A stretch of 64,000 nucleotides of DNA from Ruminococcaceae bacterium UBA3323 (GCA_002361935.1 DESD01000021.1:10872-74871); one strand, 5' to 3'. Numbered from the stretch's first letter, positions 1-8,914 are shown. Notes: a model not told the origin generated them from the letters alone. Numbers and translations are program-made.

Positions 1-474
1 CAAGGGCTGATTTTTCTTTTGCACACATTTAAATCTGAAAGGAATTATATAATCACGGCTGCAATTAATATACAAATACTTATTGTAGCCCCTTATTCCG
101 CATCCTGTTTTAATTATTTTATCTGATGGATATTTCTTCAACACCTGTTCTTTAAGTCCTGATAATTTAATGAATCTTTTCAGTTGGCTTTTCTGAGACT
201 TTCGTGATAATTTCACTAAGCTCTTCTGATATGCGTCCTTTTTAACAGCACCATTCAGGGTTAAACAATATATAAAGCCATCCCTGCCGAAAACCGTGAA
301 ATCTTCATAATGTGCAGCATAGGATTGTAAATCAAGAATATCTGTAAAATCAGCATAGTTACTGTCATCAAAACAGATTTTCACATAACCGCCGTTTTTA
401 TAGGATTTTGCTATATATTTATCAAAATTCCGAATTTCAAGCCATGCTTTTGCAGCATAAAAGAAATATTCCAT
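1..474 (-). CDS. Hypothetical protein, partial (3' end runs off the left edge)
   Basis: Manually translated: ATG at 474 after AAGGA; 158 stop-free codons (MEYFFYAAKAWLEIRNFDKY...) to position 1. Not in the supplied track; no family recognised. Confidence 0.65.
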   Translation of the reverse strand, partial: MEYFFYAAKAWLEIRNFDKYIAKSYKNGGYVKICFDDSNYADFTDILDLQSYAAHYEDFTVFGRDGFIYCLTLNGAVKKDAYQKSLVKLSRKSQKSQLKRFIKLSGLKEQVLKKYPSDKIIKTGCGIRGYNKYLYINCSRDYIIPFRFKCVQKKNQPL

Positions 475-499
475 AAACTATCCTTTTAACATTCTTTTT

Positions 500-1615
500 C
501 TATTTAAAATACATATAATACTGGCACTTAATCATTCCGTTATAAAGTTTGCGGCGTTTATCTGCCTTTCTGCCGAAGCATTTTTCAAACTCCTCATCCG
601 GAGAAATAATACCATAGCTCCAGCCATGTTTTGCAGCAAATTTATCGCCCATAATATGATAAAGCCTTTCAGCCTCTTTGATATCAAGCATACGCTCACC
701 ATAAGGCGGATTGGTAACAAGCGTACCTCTTTCACTTGTTGGGTTAAAATTCTTAATATCCGCCGTATCCAGCCTTAAAAACTTATCAACCTTAATACGC
801 TTTGCGTTTGCAAGGGTAAGCTCTATTGCATGATAATCAATATCCGTTCCGAAAGCTGCAAAATCCGTATCGGTTTTAATAATATCGCGGCATCTGCTTC
901 TTTCCTGCTTCCATACTGCTTCGGGAATAAAGCCCCATCTGTCCACCTCAAAATTACGGTTTATACCGGGTGCGATATTATGGGCAAGAAGCGCTCCCTC
1001 AATTAAAATTGTTCCGCTGCCGCAGAAAGGATCATACATTGTATGATAATGCCTTAGCTTTGAAAGCGAACAAAGCGCAGCGGCAAGCGTTTCTCTTATC
1101 GGCGCTTCATTTGACTCGGGACGATAGCCTCTTTTATGCAAGCCAGTACCCGATGTATCAAGCATAATGGTAACATCATCCTTGATAATAGAAAACTGAA
1201 TCTGATGAACAGGACCCGTTTCCTCAAACCAGGAAATATTATAATCTTCCTTAAGGCTTTCAACCACGGCTTTTTTTATAATTTTCTGACAATCGGGAAC
1301 AGAGTGAAGCTCTGAATTCAGGCTGTAGCCCTTAACGGGAAAAGTATCCTGCGAGCCGATAAAATCGCTCCAGTTTATCATTTTAACAGCATCAAAAAGC
1401 TCCGTAAAAGTAACTGCCTTAAATCTGTCAAGCACAATTAAAATTCTTTCGGCAAAGCGGCAGTTTATATTTGCACGGGCAAGTATGCTTTCGTCTCCCT
1501 CAAAAAACACCCTGCCGTTTTCAGATGTAACATTTTCAGCACCCATAAGCTTCAGTTCATCGGCAACAAGACTTTCAACACCGAACAGGCAAGGTGCAAC
1601 CATATATAAATACAT
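500..1615 (-). CDS. THUMP-domain class I SAM-dependent RNA methyltransferase (RlmL/YpsC-like, 23S m2G2445 type)
   Basis: N-terminal THUMP region, DTSG..LHKRGYR, APIRETLAAA, DPFCGSGT SAM-binding motif, NPPYGER motif. Confidence 0.9.
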   Translation of the reverse strand: MYLYMVAPCLFGVESLVADELKLMGAENVTSENGRVFFEGDESILARANINCRFAERILIVLDRFKAVTFTELFDAVKMINWSDFIGSQDTFPVKGYSLNSELHSVPDCQKIIKKAVVESLKEDYNISWFEETGPVHQIQFSIIKDDVTIMLDTSGTGLHKRGYRPESNEAPIRETLAAALCSLSKLRHYHTMYDPFCGSGTILIEGALLAHNIAPGINRNFEVDRWGFIPEAVWKQERSRCRDIIKTDTDFAAFGTDIDYHAIELTLANAKRIKVDKFLRLDTADIKNFNPTSERGTLVTNPPYGERMLDIKEAERLYHIMGDKFAAKHGWSYGIISPDEEFEKCFGRKADKRRKLYNGMIKCQYYMYFK

Positions 1616-1618
1616 TTG

Positions 1619-2464
1619 TTATATCTCCTTTGAAGCGTGACGTGTTACATGACAGCCGATATTCACTGCGACAGGAAGCCCGGCAATATGCGTTGGATAG
1701 GTTTCTATATTCACTGCAAGGGCTGTTGTTCTGCCGCCGAAGCCCTGCGGACCGATATCAAGAGCATTGATTTTATCAAGAAGCTCTTTTTCCATATCCC
1801 TGTAGAATTCAACGCTGTTTCTTTCTGAAACAGGACGGCAGAGTGCCCTTTTGGCAAGAACAGCACTATATTCAAAATCTCCGCCGATACCAACACCGAT
1901 TACAACAGGCGGACAGGGATTGGAACCTGCCGTTTTAACGGCATCAACAATAAAATCAACAATATCTTCCCTTTTGGCGCTTGGGGTAAACATACGAAGT
2001 CTGCTCATATTCTCACTGCCAAAGCCCTTCGGCGCCACTGTTATTTTAATTTTATCGCCTGCAACAATTTTGGTATGAATAATGGCAGGAGTATTATCAT
2101 TTGTATTGACTCTATCATAAAACGGATCTCTTACAACAGATTTACGCAGCAAGCCTTCGGTATATCCAAGGCTTACGCCCTTGTTGACAGCAGCTTCAAA
2201 ATCTTCACCTGCAATATGAACATCCTGCCCTATTTCGGCAAAAATAACCGCCATACCCGTATCCTGACAAACAGGAATATCAAGTTCCTTTGCGGCTGCA
2301 ATATTTGCTTCCAAATCGGAAAGAATCGATTTTGCAGTTTCATTTTTTTCATCTGCCTTGGAGCAGCCTATACACCCCACCAAATCATCAGGCAGAATTT
2401 TATTTGCTTTTATAACAAGCTCTTTAACAGTTTCCGTTATCAAGGATGCGTTAATTTCTCTCAT
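1619..2464 (-). CDS. Fe-S hydro-lyase, fumarate/tartrate family, alpha subunit
   Basis: CQDTG, KGFGSEN, NPCPP, GPQGFGG and terminal CHVTRH motifs; 281 aa fits an alpha-only chain. Confidence 0.9.
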   Translation of the reverse strand: MREINASLITETVKELVIKANKILPDDLVGCIGCSKADEKNETAKSILSDLEANIAAAKELDIPVCQDTGMAVIFAEIGQDVHIAGEDFEAAVNKGVSLGYTEGLLRKSVVRDPFYDRVNTNDNTPAIIHTKIVAGDKIKITVAPKGFGSENMSRLRMFTPSAKREDIVDFIVDAVKTAGSNPCPPVVIGVGIGGDFEYSAVLAKRALCRPVSERNSVEFYRDMEKELLDKINALDIGPQGFGGRTTALAVNIETYPTHIAGLPVAVNIGCHVTRHASKEI

Positions 2465-2492
2465 TGTTTTCTCCTTATATTTAAAATCACAT

Positions 2493-2526
2493 AAAAAATT
2501 AAGCCGAGAACAAGCTCCCGGCTTAA
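2493..2526 (-). terminator. Rho-independent terminator after divIC
   Basis: TTAAGCCG..CGGCTTAA stem followed by a U6 tract on the minus strand. Confidence 0.75.
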
Positions 2527-2529
2527 GAA

Positions 2530-2838
2530 TTAATTACTACCCGAAATATCATAAAATACAACTTCATCAGATTTTACATATCCCTTTTCACGAGCCTTTT
2601 GCTCCATATATTCATCTTTATCCTCAGATTCAAGAATTGCATCAAGCTCTTCATTTTCTTTTTTCTGCTCCTCAAGCTCCTGTGCATAAGCAGCCTTTTG
2701 TGCATTCAGCCTGCTTATATCGGCAATCTGACCGATAATAACACTGCAGCAATAGAAAAACAGGCCAAGAATAATTCCGGCAACTAAAATAATCTTAGCT
2801 TTTTTATTATGTATTAAATTCTGAAAAATCTTCTTCAT
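2530..2838 (-). CDS. divIC: Septum formation initiator, FtsL/DivIC family
   Basis: Basic N-terminus, one TM helix, coiled coil, EQKAREKGYVKSDEVVFYD ending; position after yabP-yabQ. Confidence 0.8.
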   Translation of the reverse strand: MKKIFQNLIHNKKAKIILVAGIILGLFFYCCSVIIGQIADISRLNAQKAAYAQELEEQKKENEELDAILESEDKDEYMEQKAREKGYVKSDEVVFYDISGSN

Positions 2839-3271
2839 TTAAACCACCTGAATTTTTCTTCTTTCTAAGCTTTTTACCATGCTTAAATCGTAAAGTGCTA
2901 TGCCTTAACATATTATAATACACTTTCCTGATACTTTGCAATACTTTTTTTAAACTTTTTAAGCTCTTTTTTTCAATAAACCTTAAAGCATTAGCAACCG
3001 GGCGAAAAATGTATACTGTAATACGGTATAAAGTCAGTATATAGACAAGAAATCCGAGTAAAAGCGCTGTAAAGTAAAATACCCTTACCTGTCCATTGTT
3101 ATAACTTAGCAAAAAAAGGAAAACAATAGGGGAAATTGTAAAGAAAAAGAGAAAATCTATCAAAAATTCTGCCCATTTCTTTTTAAAAACAAGGCGAAAA
3201 AAGCGAAAAGCATCATAAACTGCACCGATTCCGAAGCCAAGAAAAAGAAAAGCTACAACTGCCTCGTTCAA
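2807..3271 (-). CDS. yabQ: Spore cortex biosynthesis protein YabQ
   Basis: G..IGAVYDAFRFFR, DFLFF, NNGQVRVFYF..LLGFLVY motifs; synteny with yabP. Confidence 0.8.
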   Translation of the reverse strand: MNEAVVAFLFLGFGIGAVYDAFRFFRLVFKKKWAEFLIDFLFFFTISPIVFLFLLSYNNGQVRVFYFTALLLGFLVYILTLYRITVYIFRPVANALRFIEKKSLKSLKKVLQSIRKVYYNMLRHSTLRFKHGKKLRKKKNSGGLNEEDFSEFNT

Positions 3272-3540
3272 GAAAACATCCTTTTTAAAAAGCTTTGATT
3301 TTTTTCTGTTTTGCTGCTGTAAACAAGTGCAGCAACCTCCCCCGTTACCTCAAGAAGTCCTGTATCCAAATTCAATTCTTCAACATGAAGTTTATTTCCG
3401 CTTACCGTTAAACATCCGTAATCCGTGTAAGCTGTAACCGTATCCTCATCAAAGGAATCCACATCCGTTACACCTGTTAATTTTAAGCCGCATCTGTTTT
3501 CAAGACAAAGGTTATGCGCCTTTTTAAGTTTTGTTTCCAT
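3268..3540 (-). CDS. yabP: Sporulation protein YabP
   Basis: LENR..L.LTGVTDVDSFDE...T..G.L.V.G..LHV..LNLD.G pattern; 90 aa. Confidence 0.9.
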   Translation of the reverse strand: METKLKKAHNLCLENRCGLKLTGVTDVDSFDEDTVTAYTDYGCLTVSGNKLHVEELNLDTGLLEVTGEVAALVYSSKTEKNQSFLKRMFS

Positions 3541-3558
3541 AAAAAAATCACCTGTTAA

Positions 3559-3585
3559 AATATATGTAACAGATGATTTTTTATG
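3559..3585 (-). promoter_or_regulatory. Putative sigmaE-type promoter for yabP-yabQ-divIC
   Basis: Minus strand CATA-N15-CATATATT resembles the sigmaE consensus; yabPQ is sigmaE-controlled in Bacillus subtilis. Confidence 0.55.
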
Positions 3586-3590
3586 TTAAG

Positions 3591-3830
3591 CTATATCATT
3601 TTATACATTTTTGCGGCATCCTCTTTCAAAGCGTGTTCACTTACCTCAACAACCTGGTATGAACGGGGAACTGTGCCCATATTAACGGTTATTCTGTCGC
3701 CAACCTTAACATCATAGGAAGCACGCTGCACTTTGCCGTTTACCTCTATCTTTCCTGCATCACAGGCTTCGTTCGCAATAGTTCGCCTTTTTATAATTCT
3801 GGATACCTTTAAATATTTATCAAGTCGCAT
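3591..3830 (-). CDS. yabO: S4-domain RNA-binding protein YabO/RqcP (Hsp15-like)
   Basis: MRLDKYLKVSRIIKRRTIANEACDAG..VNG...S..VKVGD. Start moved to ATG 3830 (AGGTGA SD). Confidence 0.9.
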   Translation of the reverse strand: MRLDKYLKVSRIIKRRTIANEACDAGKIEVNGKVQRASYDVKVGDRITVNMGTVPRSYQVVEVSEHALKEDAAKMYKMI

Positions 3831-3840
3831 AAATTCACCT

Positions 3841-3877
3841 AAAAATTCAGCCGCCACACTTGTGACGGCCTGATTTT
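3841..3877 (-). terminator. Probable terminator between hup and yabO
   Basis: GCCGTCAC-AAGT-GTGGCGGC stem followed by TGAATTTTT on the minus strand. Confidence 0.6.
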
Positions 3878-3883
3878 ATTTCA

Positions 3884-4156
3884 TTATTTTACAGCATCCT
3901 TAAGAGCTGAACCAGCCTTAAATGACGGAACCTTTGCTTCAGGAATGTTGATAACTTCGCCTGTGCGTGGATTCTTACCTGTACGAGCTGCACGAGTTTT
4001 AACCTCAAATGTACCAAAGCCAACAAGAGCAACCTTTTCGCCATCCTTAAGAGCTTCAGTTACAGCGTCGATAACAGCCTTTACTGCTGCATCTGCATCT
4101 TTCTTTGAAAGTTCTGCTTTAGTAGCAACTGCTGCTACAAGTTCAGTTTTATTCAT
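3884..4156 (-). CDS. hup: DNA-binding protein HU
   Basis: [11 protein letters not shown]...[20 protein letters not shown]...VPSFKAG signature. Confidence 0.97.
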   Translation of the reverse strand: MNKTELVAAVATKAELSKKDADAAVKAVIDAVTEALKDGEKVALVGFGTFEVKTRAARTGKNPRTGEVINIPEAKVPSFKAGSALKDAVK

Positions 4157-4984
4157 TTAATTTTCCTCCGTTTTAGCCTTTTCGGCAATTATTATTTTTG
4201 CTTTATTCCAAAGAACATCAAGCTGTTCTATTGTAGCCGTTTTCATATCAATATTCTTCTCTTCTGCAAGCTTTTCAACTATTAAATAACGATTTACAAA
4301 TTTATCGGTTGCACCCGTAAGCGCCTCTTCCGAATCAACACCTATAAACCTTGAAACATTTACACAGGAAAAAAGAATATCGCCGAATTCATCTTCTATA
4401 TTTTCACTGTTATTCTCAGCCAAAGCACACTTTAACTCATTAATCTCTTCGTATAATTTTTCAACAGCACCGGAAATATCATTCCAATCAAAACCGGCCT
4501 TTGCAGCCTTTTGCTGAATTTTCTGTGCTCTCATTAAAGCAGGAAATTCACGCGGCACCTTAAGCATTGCCTCGCTCTGCATTTTCATACCCTTTGTTTT
4601 AAGCTTAACGGCATCCCATCTGCTGAGGGCTTCCTTTTCATCCGTTGCAGACACATCGCCGAAAACATGAGGATGGCGAATAATCAGCTTCTGGCAGATA
4701 TCATTTGCTACATCGTTGAAATTAAAGGTGCCTTTTTCGCTTTCCATCTGAGAATGGAGCGCTACCTGAAGAAGAATATCCCCAAGCTCTTCACGAAGCC
4801 CGGCAGTATCATTTTTATTGATAGCCTCTATAACCTCATAGGTTTCTTCAATAAAATTCTTCCTAATAGATTCATGGGTTTGTTTTATATCCCACGGGCA
4901 ACCTCCGGGTGCTCTTAACACTGCAACCAACTTAATTAAATCATCCATGTTATAAACATCTTTAAATTCAAATTCAGCCGCCAC
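4157..4984 (-). CDS. mazG: Nucleoside triphosphate pyrophosphohydrolase MazG (tandem MazG domains, no methylase domain)
   Basis: LRAPGGCPWDIKQTH, EETYEV, EELGD, RHPHVF, EDEFGD; GTG start with GAGGTG SD. Confidence 0.92.
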   Translation of the reverse strand: MAAEFEFKDVYNMDDLIKLVAVLRAPGGCPWDIKQTHESIRKNFIEETYEVIEAINKNDTAGLREELGDILLQVALHSQMESEKGTFNFNDVANDICQKLIIRHPHVFGDVSATDEKEALSRWDAVKLKTKGMKMQSEAMLKVPREFPALMRAQKIQQKAAKAGFDWNDISGAVEKLYEEINELKCALAENNSENIEDEFGDILFSCVNVSRFIGVDSEEALTGATDKFVNRYLIVEKLAEEKNIDMKTATIEQLDVLWNKAKIIIAEKAKTEEN

Positions 4985-5019
4985 AGGAACACCTCGTTTC
5001 GATTAACTTGTTCCTATAA

Positions 5020-5048
5020 ATAATACTATATAAGGGATATTTTTTCAA
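5020..5048 (-). promoter_or_regulatory. sigmaA-type promoter for mazG-hup-yabO
   Basis: TTGAAA-17 nt-TATTAT on the minus strand. Confidence 0.6.
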
Positions 5049-5052
5049 GTAT

Positions 5053-6741
5053 TTAAGCCATTTTTTTACCGGATTGCATAAATTTGATTTCAGAAAAAGT
5101 CACAAGTTTTGACAAAACACAACATAATGTAAAGAAAATCAAATAAACTGTGCTTAAAACAACAAAATTAAGCAATGCCCCATTATCGCCGAATACGCTT
5201 CCGAGCACGGCATTTGCGGCAAAAAATGAAATCGCAGAGCAAATTAACGGCTTAATAAAAATATCCGTGAATTTAAACTTAACCTCAGAATACTTTTTAA
5301 ATATCCGATAGTTTGCAAGAAGAATAACAAGATAGCCTGCGGCACCCGAAACAACCGTTCCGTAAATATTATATCTGTAATCGGAAACAACAAGATAATT
5401 AATTCCAACCCTTACAATTGCGGAAAGGATAAAAGACGGAATACTTTTTTTGGCGCATCCTATTGCCTGCACGGCAAAAACTGAAATGCCGGAAAGACAA
5501 TAAAAAATCATCGTAAAACCAAAGAAATAAACAAGTCTGCTGCAGCCGATAACAATATCGGGATTATTGGCGCCGTAAAGCACATTCAGCATAAACGGGG
5601 AAATAAGAGAAAGATAAAATCCTCCGCCGAAGGCAAGAATGGACGTATATTTAAAAATACTGTTTGAAAGCAGCGACAGCCTCTCTCTGTTATGAGATTC
5701 AAAGGCAGCAGATATCGCAGGAACAGCCGCAACACCAAGCGCCATTGTCAGGCCCGGAAGAAGATTTTTAAAATCCTGAGCAGAAGAGAAAAGCCCGTAT
5801 ATATATGTAACTATGTCCTCATCAGGTGTTGATGTTATCTGAAGGCAGCTTTGATACGCTTCTTTCAGCCTATCCAAATTACACCGGGAAAGGCAATACT
5901 GAACAGACGAATTATCAAGAAATGTAGAAACGCTTTGAATAATCGTTGAAATAATTATGGGAGCGGAAAAGGAAAGGATTTCTTTGAAACTTTCCGAGGT
6001 TTTATATTTTTTATTCGGAATACGTGAATTATATTTAACGGAATTATAAACAGAAACATATATCAGACTGAAAAAAGAGCCAAAGGTTGCCCCACCCATC
6101 GCCGCAGCAGCCGTAAACGGATAAATAGCCGACAATGCTGCTTCCTCATTTTCACAAATCACTCCGAAAACTGCACCGCTGTCCACATACATCTGATAAA
6201 GATAAGACATGGAATACCTTGCAAACAGCAATCCGAAAACCAACTTGAATACAGCTTCAATTATCTGGCTTACAGAGGTTGGAACCATATTCATAAAGCC
6301 TTCTGCAAAGGATCGCTTTGAAGCTTCCATAGAACAGAATAGCACAGAGGGCGCAAGCATATAAATCGTATAAATACTTTTCGGAGAGGATGAAATCAAT
6401 TCTGCATACGGCTTTGCAAAAAGACCAAGAAAAGCAAATCCAATCAGGCCAGCAATAAAAAACAGAATACCGGAGGCTTTTTTCAAAGAATATATTTTTG
6501 CATGATCACGTTTTTCGTTATACTTACTCACAAGATGTGCCACAGCAATGGGAAAAGCCCCCATAATCAGCGCATGAACGGGCATATAAAGATTATATGC
6601 GATATTGAAATATCCCCTGCCTGTTGCTCCGATATAAGCAGTTAAAGGAATTTTATAAACTGCACTGATTGCTTTAACAAGAATGGAAGAAAAGAGCAGC
6701 AGCATTGCAGAATTGATATATTTTTGCTTTGTATTATTCAA
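5053..6741 (-). CDS. MOP-family polysaccharide/lipid II flippase, SpoVB/YabM-like
   Basis: About 14 TM segments; VK.ISAVYKIPL...IG..G.GYF..AY.LY; SQIIEAVFKL; synteny with mazG. Probable TTG start at 6741 after GGTGA. Confidence 0.8.
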   Translation of the reverse strand: MNNTKQKYINSAMLLLFSSILVKAISAVYKIPLTAYIGATGRGYFNIAYNLYMPVHALIMGAFPIAVAHLVSKYNEKRDHAKIYSLKKASGILFFIAGLIGFAFLGLFAKPYAELISSSPKSIYTIYMLAPSVLFCSMEASKRSFAEGFMNMVPTSVSQIIEAVFKLVFGLLFARYSMSYLYQMYVDSGAVFGVICENEEAALSAIYPFTAAAAMGGATFGSFFSLIYVSVYNSVKYNSRIPNKKYKTSESFKEILSFSAPIIISTIIQSVSTFLDNSSVQYCLSRCNLDRLKEAYQSCLQITSTPDEDIVTYIYGLFSSAQDFKNLLPGLTMALGVAAVPAISAAFESHNRERLSLLSNSIFKYTSILAFGGGFYLSLISPFMLNVLYGANNPDIVIGCSRLVYFFGFTMIFYCLSGISVFAVQAIGCAKKSIPSFILSAIVRVGINYLVVSDYRYNIYGTVVSGAAGYLVILLANYRIFKKYSEVKFKFTDIFIKPLICSAISFFAANAVLGSVFGDNGALLNFVVLSTVYLIFFTLCCVLSKLVTFSEIKFMQSGKKMA

Positions 6742-6752
6742 AAAATCACCAC

Positions 6753-6786
6753 AAAAAAGGCAGTGCAAATAAATTTTGCACTGCCT
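6753..6786 (-). terminator. Strong terminator between the hypothetical gene and the yabM-like gene
   Basis: Perfect 12-bp stem AGGCAGTGCAAA/TTTGCACTGCCT plus a U6 tract. Confidence 0.8.
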
Positions 6787-6821
6787 GAAATCTTCTTTAA
6801 AATCCTTATTATATATTGCAA

Positions 6822-7331
6822 TTATTCTTCGTCGGAAACAACATCCTCTGCTTCAACCTCAACAGCGTTAAAAGCATCGGCAGATGATGGCCTTGAGGAT
6901 TGGGAAACTTTATTATTTATAGCGTTTCTTGCATTTTCAACCTGCTTTTTAATCACCTCTTTAGCTTCCTGAGAGGCAATAATAACCTCCCTTTTCAGAT
7001 CCTCTGCCTCACGCTTTAAATCTGTATTATCATTAACCTCTTCAAGCTGAGCCTTAAGTTCGGCAAGCTTTTCACGGTAAGTAATAATCTGTGCCGTAAG
7101 CATATCCAGCTCATTTTCATCAATCTCATTGCCTGCAAAAGCTTCAAACTGAATTTTGCCGTATTTTTCATAAAGCTTTGACAACTTAGCCTTCGCATCC
7201 AGATAATCTAATCTTTTGCGCGACATATCAAATGCCTGAACGCCTTTTTTGTTAAGGCTTTCAGCAACTGTTTTTGTTTTTGAAAACAATTCGTCAAAAT
7301 TAGAAATTTTAATATTATCAAATTTTCCCAT
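6822..7331 (-). CDS. Hypothetical coiled-coil protein
   Basis: 169 aa from ATG 7331 (GAAAGGG SD), helical heptad-like pattern, acidic tail; has its own consensus promoter. Confidence 0.75.
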   Translation of the reverse strand: MGKFDNIKISNFDELFSKTKTVAESLNKKGVQAFDMSRKRLDYLDAKAKLSKLYEKYGKIQFEAFAGNEIDENELDMLTAQIITYREKLAELKAQLEEVNDNTDLKREAEDLKREVIIASQEAKEVIKKQVENARNAINNKVSQSSRPSSADAFNAVEVEAEDVVSDEE

Positions 7332-7384
7332 AACTAAAACCCTTTCAAAATAAATCAAAAATAAAATCCCTATCAACAAGATTG

Positions 7385-7413
7385 ATTATATTACCAATTG
7401 AACATCATTTCAA
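7385..7413 (-). promoter_or_regulatory. Near-consensus sigmaA promoter
   Basis: TTGAAA-17 nt-TATAAT. Confidence 0.75.
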
Positions 7414-7459
7414 TACAAATTGTATTATTTTATATTATATTAATAATTAAAAGCTCCGC

Positions 7460-8911
7460 TTATAAATTATATTCAGCATAAAAACGGGTTATACTTTGCT
7501 TACGTTTTAGAATTTCATCAAAACGGTCTATATATTCATAAGGATATTTATAGTTATATACCCGTTCTATTTTTCCGGATTTCGGATCCTTAAGCTTAAT
7601 AACCGCACCTGCCCCTACGGCAAGAACCGTATGTGTTTCATCCATCATAAAAACATTATAAAGGCAATCATATCCGTTTTTGCACCAGCCGACATTTTCA
7701 AGATTGCCAAGTGATTTACCCTGACGATACATATAATACGGATGATAATTATGCTTTGTTAATTGTTTACTGCTGAAATCAACCATGGAAGCAACTATTT
7801 TTTTTGGAGAGCTGTCAAACGCAGACTCTCTTGTTGCCATATACGCACCGCTTTTAAGAGAAAGCGTATGAACTGTTATGGATTCTGCGTTAAGTGAAAT
7901 ACCTTTACACAAACTTTTTTCAAAGGATTCCAGCGTATCGCCCGGAAGACCTGCAATAAAATCCATATTTATATTGTCAAATCCGCAATTTCTGGCAAGC
8001 TCAAAGGCTGAAACCGTCTGAGAAGAAGTATGCTGCCTGCCGATTGTTTTTAAAACCGCATCATTAAAGCTTTGCGGATTAATACTAATTCTTGATACAC
8101 CTGCAGATTTTAAAGTCAGCAGTTTATCCTTGGTTACCGTATCGGGTCTGCCTGCCTCAACCGTATATTCACGCACTGTGCTTAAATCAAAATTCTTTTC
8201 GATTGCTTCAAAAAGCCTTGCAAGATTTTTTGCCGAAAGCGTTGTGGGTGTACCTCCGCCGAAATAAACGGTTTCAAGCCTCAAACCCAACAACCTTGCA
8301 TAAACGGCTGTTTCCTCTATCTCCCGAATAAGCAGATCAACATAGGGATCAATAAGCTTAACCGTATTTTCAATCGCATGGGAAACAAAAGAGCAATATG
8401 AGCATCTGGTAGGACAAAAGGGAATTGATATGTAAAGGGAAAAGCTTTTACAGTCTGACAATGCGATAATTTTGTTTTCACTGTGCATAACAGACACGGC
8501 AAGTTCTGTTTTCTCATGGTTTACAAGATATTTTTCTCTGAAAACACGCTTTGCTTCCTCTTCCGACAAACTGTCCGTCAATGCATGCATTCTTCTTGCG
8601 GGTCTGACGCCATACAGCAAACCCCATGGATACCTGATTTCAAGAATTTCGGAAAGAACATGATATAAAAGTACGGAAAGTGCATTTTGCATATCCGTTT
8701 CACAATCAGCAGAAACACTTTCTTTTTTGTGCTTATCATAAACAGTTGCATCAACAGATAAAACATAATCCCGAATTTCCGTTATTACTGTAACAGGGTC
8801 TGTTTCATCACAGGAATTTTCAAATATTCTGATTTTTTCATAAGGGAAAAATATTGTGCTTATATTTTCCATATCATAGCGATACGGGTGATTTTTAACA
8901 AGTATTATCAT
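7460..8911 (-). CDS. hemZ: HemZ-like radical SAM protein (coproporphyrinogen dehydrogenase family)
   Basis: PWG.LYGVRP, YISIPFCPTRCSYCSF (CxxxCxxC), GGGTPT, EAGRPD, PYYMYRQ, NLENVG; follows relA-dtd-MBL as is usual in Clostridia. Confidence 0.9.
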   Translation of the reverse strand: MIILVKNHPYRYDMENISTIFFPYEKIRIFENSCDETDPVTVITEIRDYVLSVDATVYDKHKKESVSADCETDMQNALSVLLYHVLSEILEIRYPWGLLYGVRPARRMHALTDSLSEEEAKRVFREKYLVNHEKTELAVSVMHSENKIIALSDCKSFSLYISIPFCPTRCSYCSFVSHAIENTVKLIDPYVDLLIREIEETAVYARLLGLRLETVYFGGGTPTTLSAKNLARLFEAIEKNFDLSTVREYTVEAGRPDTVTKDKLLTLKSAGVSRISINPQSFNDAVLKTIGRQHTSSQTVSAFELARNCGFDNINMDFIAGLPGDTLESFEKSLCKGISLNAESITVHTLSLKSGAYMATRESAFDSSPKKIVASMVDFSSKQLTKHNYHPYYMYRQGKSLGNLENVGWCKNGYDCLYNVFMMDETHTVLAVGAGAVIKLKDPKSGKIERVYNYKYPYEYIDRFDEILKRKQSITRFYAEYNL

Positions 8912-8914
8912 AAT

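Noticed and set aside
4157-4984. MazG lacking the YabN tetrapyrrole-methylase domain
   Set aside because: Stand-alone two-domain MazG is a common architecture.
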